From the IMG/VR virus record IMGVR_UViG_3300043102_000037, positions 1-64,000 of that record: a stretch of 64,000 nt of DNA. The stretch is one strand, 5' to 3'. Below the pieces are notes generated by a model. The model did not search any database. It was not told the DNA's origin and saw only the letters and a program-made list of their open reading frames with translations. The DNA is from a virus (lineage: Duplodnaviria > Caudoviricetes). Position 1 is the first letter of the stretch. Each line of letters opens with the position of its first letter. The position numbers and the translations under genes are program-made. Below are positions 28,351-38,171 of the stretch, piece after piece.

Positions 28351-28734
28351 ATGACCGATGAAGAAAAACAATTATTGTGTAAGCATTATTTCGATGCTTA
28401 TACGACATATGAAATTTTAGAACAAATATTTGTAGGTTCGCAAGATTCTGGCGACTATGAAGAAGATGCAGAAGGTAATGAGATTGTACACTATAACGGA
28501 CCAATAGACCCATCATTTGCACTTGATATGTCTAATAAACAGTTTATAACATCTATGTCTATTAAAGAAGTAATGAAGCTGCTTAATATTGACGACAGCG
28601 TTATTGAAAAAATAGAAAATGACGGCAAAAAAATGTGCAAAAAGGCATTAAGACAAATGACATTAACCCAAGTTGAAACTTTTGTAAATAAGATTTACAA
28701 AGGCGAAAAAATAAGCTATGTTAAAAAAGAATAA
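28351..28734 (+). CDS. hypothetical protein
   Basis: 127-aa ORF with AGAGG RBS. Confidence 0.6.
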   Translation: MTDEEKQLLCKHYFDAYTTYEILEQIFVGSQDSGDYEEDAEGNEIVHYNGPIDPSFALDMSNKQFITSMSIKEVMKLLNIDDSVIEKIENDGKKMCKKALRQMTLTQVETFVNKIYKGEKISYVKKE

Positions 28735-28869
28735 TTTGCGTTCTTTTGTTAAATAAACTATAATAAAATCAAAATCCCTTGCGATTTTTTTATAAAATAA
28801 TCTTAATTTTTAGCAGGTGTTTCACCTGCTATTTTTTTAAAAATAAATAAAAATTATTAAAATTTATTA

Positions 28870-28897
28870 TTGACATAATTATAATATATGGTATAAT
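28870..28897 (+). promoter_or_regulatory. consensus sigmaA promoter with extended -10
   Basis: TTGACA (28870-28875), 16-nt spacer, TG-N-TATAAT (-10 hexamer at 28892-28897). Confidence 0.8.
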
Positions 28898-28902
28898 AAG
28901 AA

Positions 28903-29095
28903 TCGTAGAAAGAAATTTCCCAATTTTCTTCAACATTTTCAACACACTCCTTATTTTTTAGTCGAGATTATCTCGACATAGTTTCCTATATTTTCTCCTC
29001 TAAAAAAAGCCTCCTAAAATTTTACTTCACAAGTAAACCTCCACTGAAAAGCCTGCATAGAGATTGCCATTGGTCTTATGTGCAGGCTTTTCTTC
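28903..29095 (+). ncRNA. candidate small RNA with repeated anti-SD (CUCCU) motifs
   Basis: No sizeable + strand ORF between the promoter and the terminator hairpin at 29046-29092. CTCCT-type motifs at 28947, 28995, ~29010, ~29038, with hairpins between them. Confidence 0.55.
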
Positions 29096-29103
29096 ATAAT
29101 GAT

Positions 29104-30586
29104 TAAGCCAGAAAAAACCTATGCTTTAGCATAGAGAACGAATGGCTGTCTGTAAAGAGCCAATCTAAGTTGGCGACAAGTAGTTGTAATTCTTTTTAAC
29201 TTTGGTATGTAATTACTATATAGTAATTATTGAAGAAAGGAGGTAATAATCTTATGGAATATGCAGTACAGAGTAATGTGATTCGAGGTCTGACTAAAGA
29301 ACAGTATCAGATATTAAGGGAATTATGCCAGTATTCTAATAATCTGTATAATGTTGCTTTGTACAATATCAGACAGTATTTCTTTACTCAGAATAAATTT
29401 CTAACCTACGAAAGCAATTATCACGAGTGTAAGGACAATGAAAATTACAGTCTATTACAGGCAGGCGTATCACAGCAGACACTTAAAGTTGTAGACAGGA
29501 GTTTTAAGTCATTTTTCAATTTGCTTAAAAAGTGTAGACAAGGTGAGTATAGATACAATGATGTAAAGATGCCCTACTATCGTAAGAAAGACGATCTGTT
29601 TAATCTTATACTGTCTACAAATGCCATTAGTATAAAAGACGGATTTCTCAAGACCCCTATGAGCAGGGAATACCGTAAACTTAAAGACTTCCATAGTGAT
29701 ATAAAGATACCGTTCCCGAATAGATTAGTCGGTAAAGTTATTAAGGAGATACGCATTTTACCTGTAAATGACGGTAAATATTTCAAGGTTCAGTATGTCT
29801 ATACGGTAAAACAAAGATTACAGCCTTTAGACACAGACAAAGTAATGGCAATAGATATAGGCGTAGAAAATCTTGCCACTTGTGTTTCAAATGTAAGGAC
29901 ACCATTTATAATAGATGGTCGTAAGATTAAATCAATCAACCAGTATTGGAACAAACAGACAGCTTACTATAAAGCTATTGCTATGAAACAGTACAAGACA
30001 TCTAAAATAACAACACGCAGATTGCAGAGATTGACTTTTAAGCGAAATAATCAGGCAAATGATTACATTAAAAAGACTGCAAGATACATCATTAATCAGT
30101 GTTTGGAATATCAGATAGGTATTCTTATTGTAGGATACAACAAAGACTTTAAGCGTTCTGTAAACTTAGGCAAATCTAACAATCAGAATTTTGTACAGCT
30201 TCCAACGGGGAAATTAAGACAGCAGCTAGAATTTCTGTGTTGGAAATACAGTATAAACTACTTAGAAGTTGAGGAAAGTTATACGAGTAAAAGCAGTTTT
30301 TTAGATAATGACGAGTTGCCTGAGTATAAAGCTGAACAGCCATATACAAAATCTTTCAGCGGCAGACGCATAAAAAGAGGTCTGTATCAGACTAAAGACG
30401 GCAGGTTTATAAATGCTGATGTAAATGGTGCATACAACATTCTTAGAAAAGGTAAGCAGGACTTCACTCGTGAGGAACTGTCTAGGGGGCTTTTGGAGAG
30501 TCCGTTACGAATAAGGATTGCCTGACAACAGGTAATATCATACTTCGTAAGAATCCCCGATGCTTTAGCATCGTGGGGAACTTCAA
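29104..30586 (+). mobile_element. IS200/IS605-family non-autonomous tnpB element (left boundary approximate)
   Basis: Both ends share the hairpin ATGC-TTTA-GCAT; right end GGGGAACTTCAA at 30586; no tnpA. Confidence 0.85.
29230..30525 (+). CDS. tnpB: TnpB RNA-guided endonuclease (likely start ATG 29254)
   Basis: AIDIG, IVGYN, VEESYTSK, NADVNGA. Confidence 0.93.
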   Translation: MKKGGNNLMEYAVQSNVIRGLTKEQYQILRELCQYSNNLYNVALYNIRQYFFTQNKFLTYESNYHECKDNENYSLLQAGVSQQTLKVVDRSFKSFFNLLKKCRQGEYRYNDVKMPYYRKKDDLFNLILSTNAISIKDGFLKTPMSREYRKLKDFHSDIKIPFPNRLVGKVIKEIRILPVNDGKYFKVQYVYTVKQRLQPLDTDKVMAIDIGVENLATCVSNVRTPFIIDGRKIKSINQYWNKQTAYYKAIAMKQYKTSKITTRRLQRLTFKRNNQANDYIKKTARYIINQCLEYQIGILIVGYNKDFKRSVNLGKSNNQNFVQLPTGKLRQQLEFLCWKYSINYLEVEESYTSKSSFLDNDELPEYKAEQPYTKSFSGRRIKRGLYQTKDGRFINADVNGAYNILRKGKQDFTREELSRGLLESPLRIRIA

Positions 30587-30633
30587 CGGAAGTTATTTTT
30601 AAATAAAAAATGCCGTAAGAAAAGAGATTTTAA

Positions 30634-30852
30634 ATGAAATCGGAAAAAGAAAAAGAAGAACGAATTGATAAGTTAATGTATAGGCTTTATAAGAACGTGG
30701 ATTTAATTCTGGCAGGCGTTGCTACGGAATCAGAATTAAATAGCGATTTTAATAGAATATACGCCGAATTAAAAGAATTAGGCGTAGACATAAAGCATAC
30801 AGAAATTTTACTTCCAGAGGAAGGTTTAAGTGATAATGAAGCCATTATATGA
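30634..30852 (+). CDS. hypothetical protein
   Basis: 72-aa ORF overlapping the groES start. Confidence 0.5.
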   Translation: MKSEKEKEERIDKLMYRLYKNVDLILAGVATESELNSDFNRIYAELKELGVDIKHTEILLPEEGLSDNEAII

Positions 30853-31114
30853 TAATGTTTTGATTAGACTACCAGAAACGCAAACTAAAACTAATAGCGG
30901 TATATATATTCCAGAATCAGCAGCAGGAAAGCCGCAAACTGGTACTGTCGTAGCTGTTGGCGATGGCAGGATACTGAACAACGGAACGCTGATGCCGCTC
31001 GAAGTCAAGGTTGGCGATGAGATTATTTTTCTTAAGTTCGCAGGCTCGGAAATTATAGAGAATAAAGAAAAGTATCTAATGATTTCCGAAAGAGATATTT
31101 TAGCAATTTTATAA
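30830..31114 (+). CDS. groES: co-chaperonin GroES
   Basis: MKPLYDNVL...SGIYIPE..KPQTGTVVAVGDG...VKVGD.I.F.KFAGSEI...YL.ISERDILA. Confidence 0.93.
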   Translation: MIMKPLYDNVLIRLPETQTKTNSGIYIPESAAGKPQTGTVVAVGDGRILNNGTLMPLEVKVGDEIIFLKFAGSEIIENKEKYLMISERDILAIL

Positions 31115-31122
31115 TTTAAAAA

Positions 31123-31168
31123 ATAAGCAGGTAAAAGGATTTAATTCCTTTTACCTGCTTATTTTTTA
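31123..31168. terminator. bidirectional terminator
   Basis: AAAAAATAAGCAGGTAAAAGGA-loop-TCCTTTTACCTGCTTATTTTTT. Confidence 0.8.
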
Positions 31169-31185
31169 TCCTTTTTGTTCTTCGC

Positions 31186-31851
31186 CTAGAATCTGAACAT
31201 TATTCCTGTTGCTTGTCTGTCTTTATCTCCATATGCCCATACATCTATATATTTGTTTTTTGTTGGTGCTGTTAAAATAGCAGCAGGCTTTTTCTCGTCC
31301 GTTATCCCTACTCCAAGTCCGTAGTGCTTAGTGTTGTCTATTTTAATTGGCTCTATTTTTACGTCTAAGTCTACTTTGCTCGTTTGTTCCAATACTAGCT
31401 TATTATTTTCAAAAACATAGTTTTCATCGTCTGTTTTAGTAAATGTCTGTTCTTCTCCGTTTACTTTTATCGTAAAGTCCGTTTTAGCTATGTTTATTTC
31501 TTCGTCCGTTTTTTCTTTTATTTCTCGTTCTTGTTCAGTAGCTTCTCCCGTGCTGCTGCTAACTGCAATAAATTTTTCGACTACTGTTTCTTTTGGGACG
31601 TATACTATTTGTGTTTTCGTTTCTGCTGTTGCTGTTTCATTACCTTTTATCGTTAGCGGTTCTGTAATTGAGTAATTTTCGTCTGTTTTATCGTTTATGT
31701 GGTCTTGTTCGCTGTCTTTATTAAAATAAGCTGCTAAACTAAATGCTGTATATATCATGCAAAGAATGGCGATTATGATAAACATGTACTTAAAAATATT
31801 TTTAGCGCGTTCTTTTGCGTCTGTGCTTATCGTTATATTCAATTTATCCAA
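31186..31851 (-). CDS. lysis-cassette membrane protein (N-terminal TM helix, beta-rich C-terminus ending in Phe)
   Basis: YMFIIIAILCMIYTAFSLAAYF hydrophobic helix; ends ...ATGIMFRF; downstream of the amidase. Confidence 0.65.
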   Translation of the reverse strand: MDKLNITISTDAKERAKNIFKYMFIIIAILCMIYTAFSLAAYFNKDSEQDHINDKTDENYSITEPLTIKGNETATAETKTQIVYVPKETVVEKFIAVSSSTGEATEQEREIKEKTDEEINIAKTDFTIKVNGEEQTFTKTDDENYVFENNKLVLEQTSKVDLDVKIEPIKIDNTKHYGLGVGITDEKKPAAILTAPTKNKYIDVWAYGDKDRQATGIMFRF

Positions 31852-31938
31852 AAAATTTCACCTGCTTTTTATAAATACAGCCGACATTTAAAAAAGTGTC
31901 GGCTGCGAATTTATTTAAAATTATATTTTATTTTTCGA

Positions 31939-32454
31939 TTACTGCATAGCGTCCGTAATACCGCGCGCTACTGCATGAGCCAGACCTTCGATATTGTTAT
32001 TTAAGAAATTTTCTTCGTCTGGATTAGAAATAAAGCCAAGTTCTACTAAGCAAGCAGGCGCATCAGTATTTTTCAATACATATAAGCTAGTAGACGACTT
32101 CATGCCGCGGTCGATTAAACCGAATGTTTCAACAATCTGGTTCTGTATACAAGAGCCTAATGCCCTGCCTGCATTACTTGAATAGTAATACCAAGTTTCC
32201 GCACCTCTTGCCGACTGATTTTCAGCCGCATTACAGTGAATAGATACGAAGAAATCAGCGTTAAAACTATCGCTCGTATTACATACATAAGCTAAACTGT
32301 CGTCTTGGACTAAAATAGCTTCAACGCCCGCATTAATTAAATCCTGTACGACAATGCCGCCTACCTGCTTAACAATATCAGCTTCGGTAGAATACTGACC
32401 TACTGCACCAGAATCAATCCCCGGACAATGACCTGCGTTTATACATACTCTCAT
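31939..32454 (-). CDS. N-acetylmuramoyl-L-alanine amidase (Amidase_3), endolysin
   Basis: INAGH, E, FVSIHCNA, ACLVELGFISN zinc-amidase motifs. Confidence 0.92.
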   Translation of the reverse strand: MRVCINAGHCPGIDSGAVGQYSTEADIVKQVGGIVVQDLINAGVEAILVQDDSLAYVCNTSDSFNADFFVSIHCNAAENQSARGAETWYYYSSNAGRALGSCIQNQIVETFGLIDRGMKSSTSLYVLKNTDAPACLVELGFISNPDEENFLNNNIEGLAHAVARGITDAMQ

Positions 32455-32498
32455 ATTACTTAAAAACCTCTTTCTCTCTTTTTTTTATTTGTGTTTAT

Positions 32499-33047
32499 CT
32501 AAAATTTACGAAATCTGTCGAAAATAAAATCGGATATTAATTTCTTTTTGCTGTTCATAAAGTTCAAAATATTGGACGCAAAATCTGCTTCTGCTTCTTG
32601 TAAATTCTCCAGTATGCTAACTAATTCAGTAAAAGCCAGATATGGAGGAATTATATAAAGCAACGTGGCAGGGAAATTATAACTCATTAATATCATATCA
32701 GTGCCGCCCGCTGACATAATAATGAAAATATAAGCTAAAATCTTTCCGCTGAATCTATGCTTCATTACGCTTGAATTAATATATCTATCTTTATGTGCTT
32801 CACTGATATTCATAATGCTGTTGATGAAATCACTGTTTTTATGTTTATCTTCTAAATTCTTATGTGATAATGCTATCATCTTTACGACTAAATCAATAAA
32901 GACAAGATAGGCAAATATGTACAAAGCGATGGCGTGGTCGCTGATGGCTAATGCCCATATAGCAGCCATTATCGCTTTGATTAAACACATTTCCTTAAAA
33001 GAGTTAAATGTTAAAATGCTCGCTTCTATTAGCTCTCTTATATTCAT
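32499..33047 (-). CDS. phage holin family protein
   Basis: TM helices, IDLV.K, INSS.M..RF.GKI..Y, Y...TEL.SILENL pattern. Confidence 0.75.
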   Translation of the reverse strand: MNIRELIEASILTFNSFKEMCLIKAIMAAIWALAISDHAIALYIFAYLVFIDLVVKMIALSHKNLEDKHKNSDFINSIMNISEAHKDRYINSSVMKHRFSGKILAYIFIIMSAGGTDMILMSYNFPATLLYIIPPYLAFTELVSILENLQEAEADFASNILNFMNSKKKLISDFIFDRFRKF

Positions 33048-33078
33048 AGTGAGGTGTTGCTTTCTTTAATTTATTTTT

Positions 33079-33357
33079 CTATTTGGTATTTGTAGTGGTA
33101 TGCTGTTCATAGCTGCCGCTTGCGGAATTAAATTTACTGTTAATAAATTTATTCGTCACCTGCGTGCCTAAACCACCGCCGCCTGCAACATAAGCAAGAG
33201 TATCAAAATGCGACCAAGATAAACCAGTAACAACAAGATAAATAACTACGCCCAAAAATACCGCTTCACTTACAATAGCAATAACGCGAGTAAGTGAAGG
33301 CTCATCATTTTCATATATTAAACCTTTTACAAAATCGTACACTTTTTCTTTTAACAT
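33079..33357 (-). CDS. small holin-like membrane protein
   Basis: SLTRVIA...hydrophobic helix...second helix GGGGLG; first gene of the lysis cassette. Confidence 0.55.
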   Translation of the reverse strand: MLKEKVYDFVKGLIYENDEPSLTRVIAIVSEAVFLGVVIYLVVTGLSWSHFDTLAYVAGGGGLGTQVTNKFINSKFNSASGSYEQHTTTNTK

Positions 33358-33516
33358 AAGAAAAAAGCACCTGCCCGTTAAAATATTTTTCGTTATTGAT
33401 TTTACTGCAAAAAACGCTTATCAAAAACTAATTACTGCGCAGACTTTTTCTTATCCACGCTCATACCTTAACATTACGGTGCTTTTTTGTTGTTACTATG
33501 CTATATCTGTGAAAAT

Positions 33517-36148
33517 TTAGTCTAAGGATACTGGCTTAGTATACGTTATTTGCTTATTGTCTTTAGCGTTATTCAGTGGCAGGAATTTGTTGCATATTAA
33601 GCTATTTTTGCCGTCTTTGTCTTTCATGCCGCGCACCATTACTTTATTGCCTATTTTAAAGATTTTTTCTTTATCAGCAATACTAGCATACGTTGACGCG
33701 AATACAACTCCTTCTATAAAGCAGCCATTCCAATTTAACAAGACAAAAAGCATAGGATTATTATTTTTGTCTATATAGTTCTTAATGCCTTTAAAAGTAA
33801 CTTCTTCTCCGAAGAAACCGCCGCTCTTTAAAGCCTCCCATTTTTCTTCGTAAATAACGTGTATAGGCTTATAAGTAATATAAGTGCTTAATGCTTCATC
33901 TTCCATAGCTATACATACGTCTTTATCGTATTTATTGACATCGAATTTTTCTATTTTCTTTTCTTTTCTTAAATCGTATAATTCATTCAATAATGCGTAT
34001 CTATTGCTGTTAAATGAATCAAATGCGCCTGCCTTTATTAAATTTGTTGCTACTGTTTTATTAAAAGATTTTTTCGGTATTCTGTTAAAGGCATCTTCTA
34101 AAGAAGAATACGGAGCATTTTTCATAATTTCAATAGTAGCGGCTTTAACGCCTGCTACACTGGATAAGCCATATAAAATCTCTCTTGTTTTAGGAGAAGG
34201 TGTAAAGTTATTTTTAGATATGCTTATATTAGGGCATTTTATATTAATGCCGAATCTTTTTGCTACTTTTACATACTTGCCGCGTTTTTCTTTATTTTCT
34301 TCAACGGATAATAATGCTGCGAAAAATTCAACAGGATAATGTACTTTAAGCCATGCTGTAAGCATTGTTATATATGTGTATGACGCACTATGGCTTTTAT
34401 TAAAAGCGTATGCAGCAAAACCGAGCATATAATTCCAATACTTCATAAATTCTTCTTCTGTATAGCCGTTTTTAATAGCACCTTTAATTTCATTTCCGTA
34501 ATGCGGTTTTCCAGTTAATTTATCGTAGTCATACCAAGGAGCATTAGTATCATTTTCCCAACCATCTGGTCCTTCTTTATTTATTTTGCCGTATAAATGG
34601 CAGCGTCTTAGCATTTCCATTTTATCGACTTTCTTTTTAGCTACTATTTTTCGCGTAAGAGAATCAGCCTGTCCATCGTCAAATCCAGAAACTATTTTAG
34701 ATATAAGCATTATTTGTTCTTGGTATATAATAATTCCGTATGTGCTGTTCAATACTTCTTCACAGCCGCGTATAGGATATTCTATTTTTTCATTGCCGTG
34801 CTTTCTTTTTATATACATAGTATGAAAGCCTGCTGACAGAGGACCCGGACGAAGTAATGCTGTTAAGGCTACCAAATCATCAAAACAAGTTGGCTTTAGC
34901 ATACCGAGATTAGGCTTAAACGTCTTTTCCGATTCCATCTGAAATATTCCATCGCTTTCTTTGTCAGTAAGCATTTTAAATATTTCTTCGTCTTTCATAT
35001 CAACGGATTTATAAAGCCATTCAAAATCCTTATCCTCTCCTATTGATTTAAGCGTCATATTTATTACAGATAACGTTTTTAAGCCTAATATATCGAATTT
35101 TACTAAGCCGAGTTCCTCTACTTCAACGCCTGTATATAGCGTTATAATAGTTCCTGTTTTTTTATCTTTTCTTAAAGGCACTACATCAGATATAGGACAT
35201 GGAGTTATAAGCACACCTGATGCGTGTACTCCAAGATGGCGCATACAGCCTTCAAACTTTCTGGCTAATCTAAATACTTCTTTATATTTATTTTCTAACT
35301 CCTCAAATGTTTTATATATTTCTGGGGCTGTTTCTTTTAAATCGTCATAATCCTTAAAAGTAGACTTTTCTAAATCTATCGGAATATCGCTTAACGCTTT
35401 TGTTAAATTATTGCTTTCTACATAGCTTACGCCTAATACTTTAGCAAAATCTTTAATGCCAGACGCTACACCTAAAGCAGACCATGCTCCAATATGCGAT
35501 ACGTTTTCTTTGCCGTATTTTTCTTCAAAGTATTCAATTACTCTATGACGGTTAAAGTAGTCAAAGTCTAAATCAATATCTGGATAACCTGTCCTGTCTT
35601 TGGTTAAAAAGCGTGAAAACATTAAATTATGCTCTATCGGGTTAATGTTACTCGTTACTCCGATTAAAAATAATACGACAGAGCCGCCCGCGCTGCCTCT
35701 GCCCGGACCTACTACTATGTCGTTTTTTTTGCACCATTGGACGTAATCCTGCACTATGAGCATATAATCAGCAAAGCCTTTAGAGTTAATTACTTCTAAT
35801 TCGTAATCTATTCTTTGCTGATACTTTACTATATTTATTTCTGGGTGCTTTTTATAGTATGCGTACAATCCTTGATATGCTTTTATAGTAAGTATGTCTG
35901 ACGCTGATACTCCATTGGACGCTATTTGCGGCAATAATGTTTTTTCACTGCCTATTTTTATGTCGTCAGATATTCTTTCTGCTAATTCGTTCGTTGTATC
36001 TAAGCTATTAAGATAAAACTTTGTATATTCTTTTCTGTCGCAATCCATTTCATTTAATTGCTGATTAAAATAATATATCATTTCAGCTCTATTTCTTAGC
36101 CAAAAATCATTCGAGTATTTCATTCTATCGTTATCGCTTTTAAATTGT
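33517..36148 (-). CDS. dnaE: DnaE polymerase copy 2, 3' exon (catalytic core to OB-like tail)
   Basis: GRGSAGGS, PDIDLD, HASG, KFDILGL, YQEQ, AFNKSHS. The frame stays open upstream of ATG 36123 (GQFKSDNDR) to the element junction. Confidence 0.9.
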
Positions 36149-36149
36149 C

Positions 36150-36327
36150 CTGATATATAAACTTTATAATTATTTATAAACGCTCAAAAAATTATAAGCT
36201 TGTTTCCTTGTTCAACGTGTCCGTTTTGGATTGTATTGCTACAATCTACTTACGTTTGTATGACACTCCAAAGGCGTAAATTCGGCGTTATCAACACCTA
36301 CATATTAGCATAATCTTGATATTGACT
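36150..36327 (-). ncRNA. probable omegaRNA scaffold / IS607 right end
   Basis: Non-coding 3' region of tnpB with stem-forming segments (CCGAATTTACGCCTTTGG; GATTGTAGCAATACAATC) running to the right junction. Confidence 0.65.
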
Positions 36328-37476
36328 CTATGCTAATTGATAGTTTGCTAAATTAATACTAGCGTTCTTATCTCTATCCAAAGTGAAACCACACACATCA
36401 CAGTGATACGTTCTATCCTTGAGTTTTAAATCTTTCTTGATGTTTTCACAACAGGAACACATCTTGCTTGACGGATAGAACCTATCAGCCTGAATGAACC
36501 TAATTCCGTACTTTTCGGACTTGTACTTCATAAAGCTAATGAACTGATAGAATCCCTGTTCTGCTATGGCTTTTGAAAGATGCTTGTTTTTCAACATACC
36601 TGTGACGTTTAAGTCTTCCATAACTATTCTCGATGGCTTGGTTTTCGCAATCAAATTAGTTACTTGGTGGTTATAGTCTAGGCGGATGTTCTTCAACTTT
36701 TCGTGTATAAGCTTGATTATTCGCTCTAGTTTTAAGATGTTTTGAGTCTTAACATACCTATTACCTTGGCGGTTCTTCTCATACTTCCTCGAAACTTGAC
36801 GTTGCAATCTTCTAAGTCTCTTTTTCAACTTTCTAATCTTTTGAGTTTTGTTGATATTTCCAAAAGGACTGTCGAAATTGCTAACAGTCGCAAGTTCCTT
36901 GATGCCTAAGTCAATTCCTACAGATAAGTTCTCATACAGTTCTAAAGGTTGGTTTTCATACTCAATACCTAAAGACAAATACCAGTATCGCCCATTAAAT
37001 TTTATTCTTGGATTGTATACTGATATTTTATCTTTCTTGTAATTGCCTTTAGGCAGCCTATTTTCGTCACTTATCTTGACTACACCAATCTTCTCAAGTT
37101 GTATTTGACTATCCGTAACCTTGAACTTAGTTGGTAAGTGATAGAAAGATATAGTGCTTTTCTTCTTTGACTTATGTCTAGGATACTTAGCAGCTTTCTT
37201 GAAGAACTTACTTCTAGCATTGTCAAAGTCTTTTATAGCTTGTTGTGGTATCTCTGATGAGACTTCTTTAAGCCATGGGTATTTGTTAGAGTTCCTAATC
37301 TTAGTGAAGTGCTTTCGCATAGCACCAATGCTTACAGATTTTCCGTATAGTTTATAATAAGTTTCGGAAAATCTTAACGCCCAGTTGTACGCAAATCGCA
37401 TAACACCTGCTGATTTCCACATTAAAGTCTCTTGCTCTTTCGTTGGATAGAGTTTGACTTTTATGCCTTTAATCAT
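36328..37476 (-). CDS. tnpB: TnpB (IS607-associated) RNA-guided endonuclease
   Basis: GIDLG, VMEDL, DRDKNA RuvC triad intact; CSCC...CDVC zinc finger. Confidence 0.95.
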   Translation of the reverse strand: MIKGIKVKLYPTKEQETLMWKSAGVMRFAYNWALRFSETYYKLYGKSVSIGAMRKHFTKIRNSNKYPWLKEVSSEIPQQAIKDFDNARSKFFKKAAKYPRHKSKKKSTISFYHLPTKFKVTDSQIQLEKIGVVKISDENRLPKGNYKKDKISVYNPRIKFNGRYWYLSLGIEYENQPLELYENLSVGIDLGIKELATVSNFDSPFGNINKTQKIRKLKKRLRRLQRQVSRKYEKNRQGNRYVKTQNILKLERIIKLIHEKLKNIRLDYNHQVTNLIAKTKPSRIVMEDLNVTGMLKNKHLSKAIAEQGFYQFISFMKYKSEKYGIRFIQADRFYPSSKMCSCCENIKKDLKLKDRTYHCDVCGFTLDRDKNASINLANYQLA

Positions 37477-38080
37477 CTTCAGACAACTCCTTAATTATCT
37501 TTTTGGTTTTATTAGCTCTTTTTCCTTGTAATCTACAACTGAATATAGTTATTATTTGGATTAAATCTTCGACAATTTCTTCTTCGTCACTTCTTTCGGT
37601 GCTATCAATTATTTCAATCTCAACACTCTTAGACATACAAATATTTTCTATTAATTCGTATCCAAATCTAACCAATCTATCCTTATATAGAATTATGATT
37701 TTAGAAACTTCCTCATTTAAAACCATACTCATAAGCTTGTTCAAGCCTTTATTTTGATAATTAATTCCGCTACCTATATCCGAGATTATTGAAAACTGAT
37801 AGCCTTTAGCATACATATACATCTTGACGTTTTCAATTTGCCTATCTAAAGCTTCTTTTTGCTTTTGACTAGACACTCTACAGTAGCCTATTGTCTGCTT
37901 AGATTTTACTTTCTCACCATTATAAATTTTAAGTTGTTCATCGGTATAATAGCGATAACCTGTCACCTCATCCACATACGCAGGTTTTAGTTTACCACTT
38001 TTATCCCAATTTCTTAAAGTTTGTTCTGTACGATTTATTAATTTAGCAAATTGTCCTATGGAATATTTTCTAATTTCCAT
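37469..38080 (-). CDS. tnpA: IS607 transposase (MerR-like HTH + serine recombinase)
   Basis: YSIGQFAK...TLRNWD HTH; GYCRVSS..QK; DIGSGIN; YKDRLVRFG. Confidence 0.95.
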   Translation of the reverse strand: MEIRKYSIGQFAKLINRTEQTLRNWDKSGKLKPAYVDEVTGYRYYTDEQLKIYNGEKVKSKQTIGYCRVSSQKQKEALDRQIENVKMYMYAKGYQFSIISDIGSGINYQNKGLNKLMSMVLNEEVSKIIILYKDRLVRFGYELIENICMSKSVEIEIIDSTERSDEEEIVEDLIQIITIFSCRLQGKRANKTKKIIKELSEDD

Positions 38081-38171
38081 GCTTTATCACCTCTTGTACT
38101 AATTACAACATAAACATTGTAATATGTCAAGAGTTATTTTGAGTATTTATAAATAATTATAAAGTTTATAT

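Noticed and set aside
28829-28936. 35-aa hydrophobic minus-strand ORF as a type I toxin
   Set aside because: Not listed as a feature. It runs through a very AT-rich promoter region, which translates as I/F/L/N/K by default, and I found no minus-strand promoter. Kept only as an alternative in the sRNA finding.
33440-33460. TTATCCACG near the dnaE2 3' end as a second origin
   Set aside because: A single mismatched DnaA box with no iteron cluster; expected by chance in AT-rich DNA.
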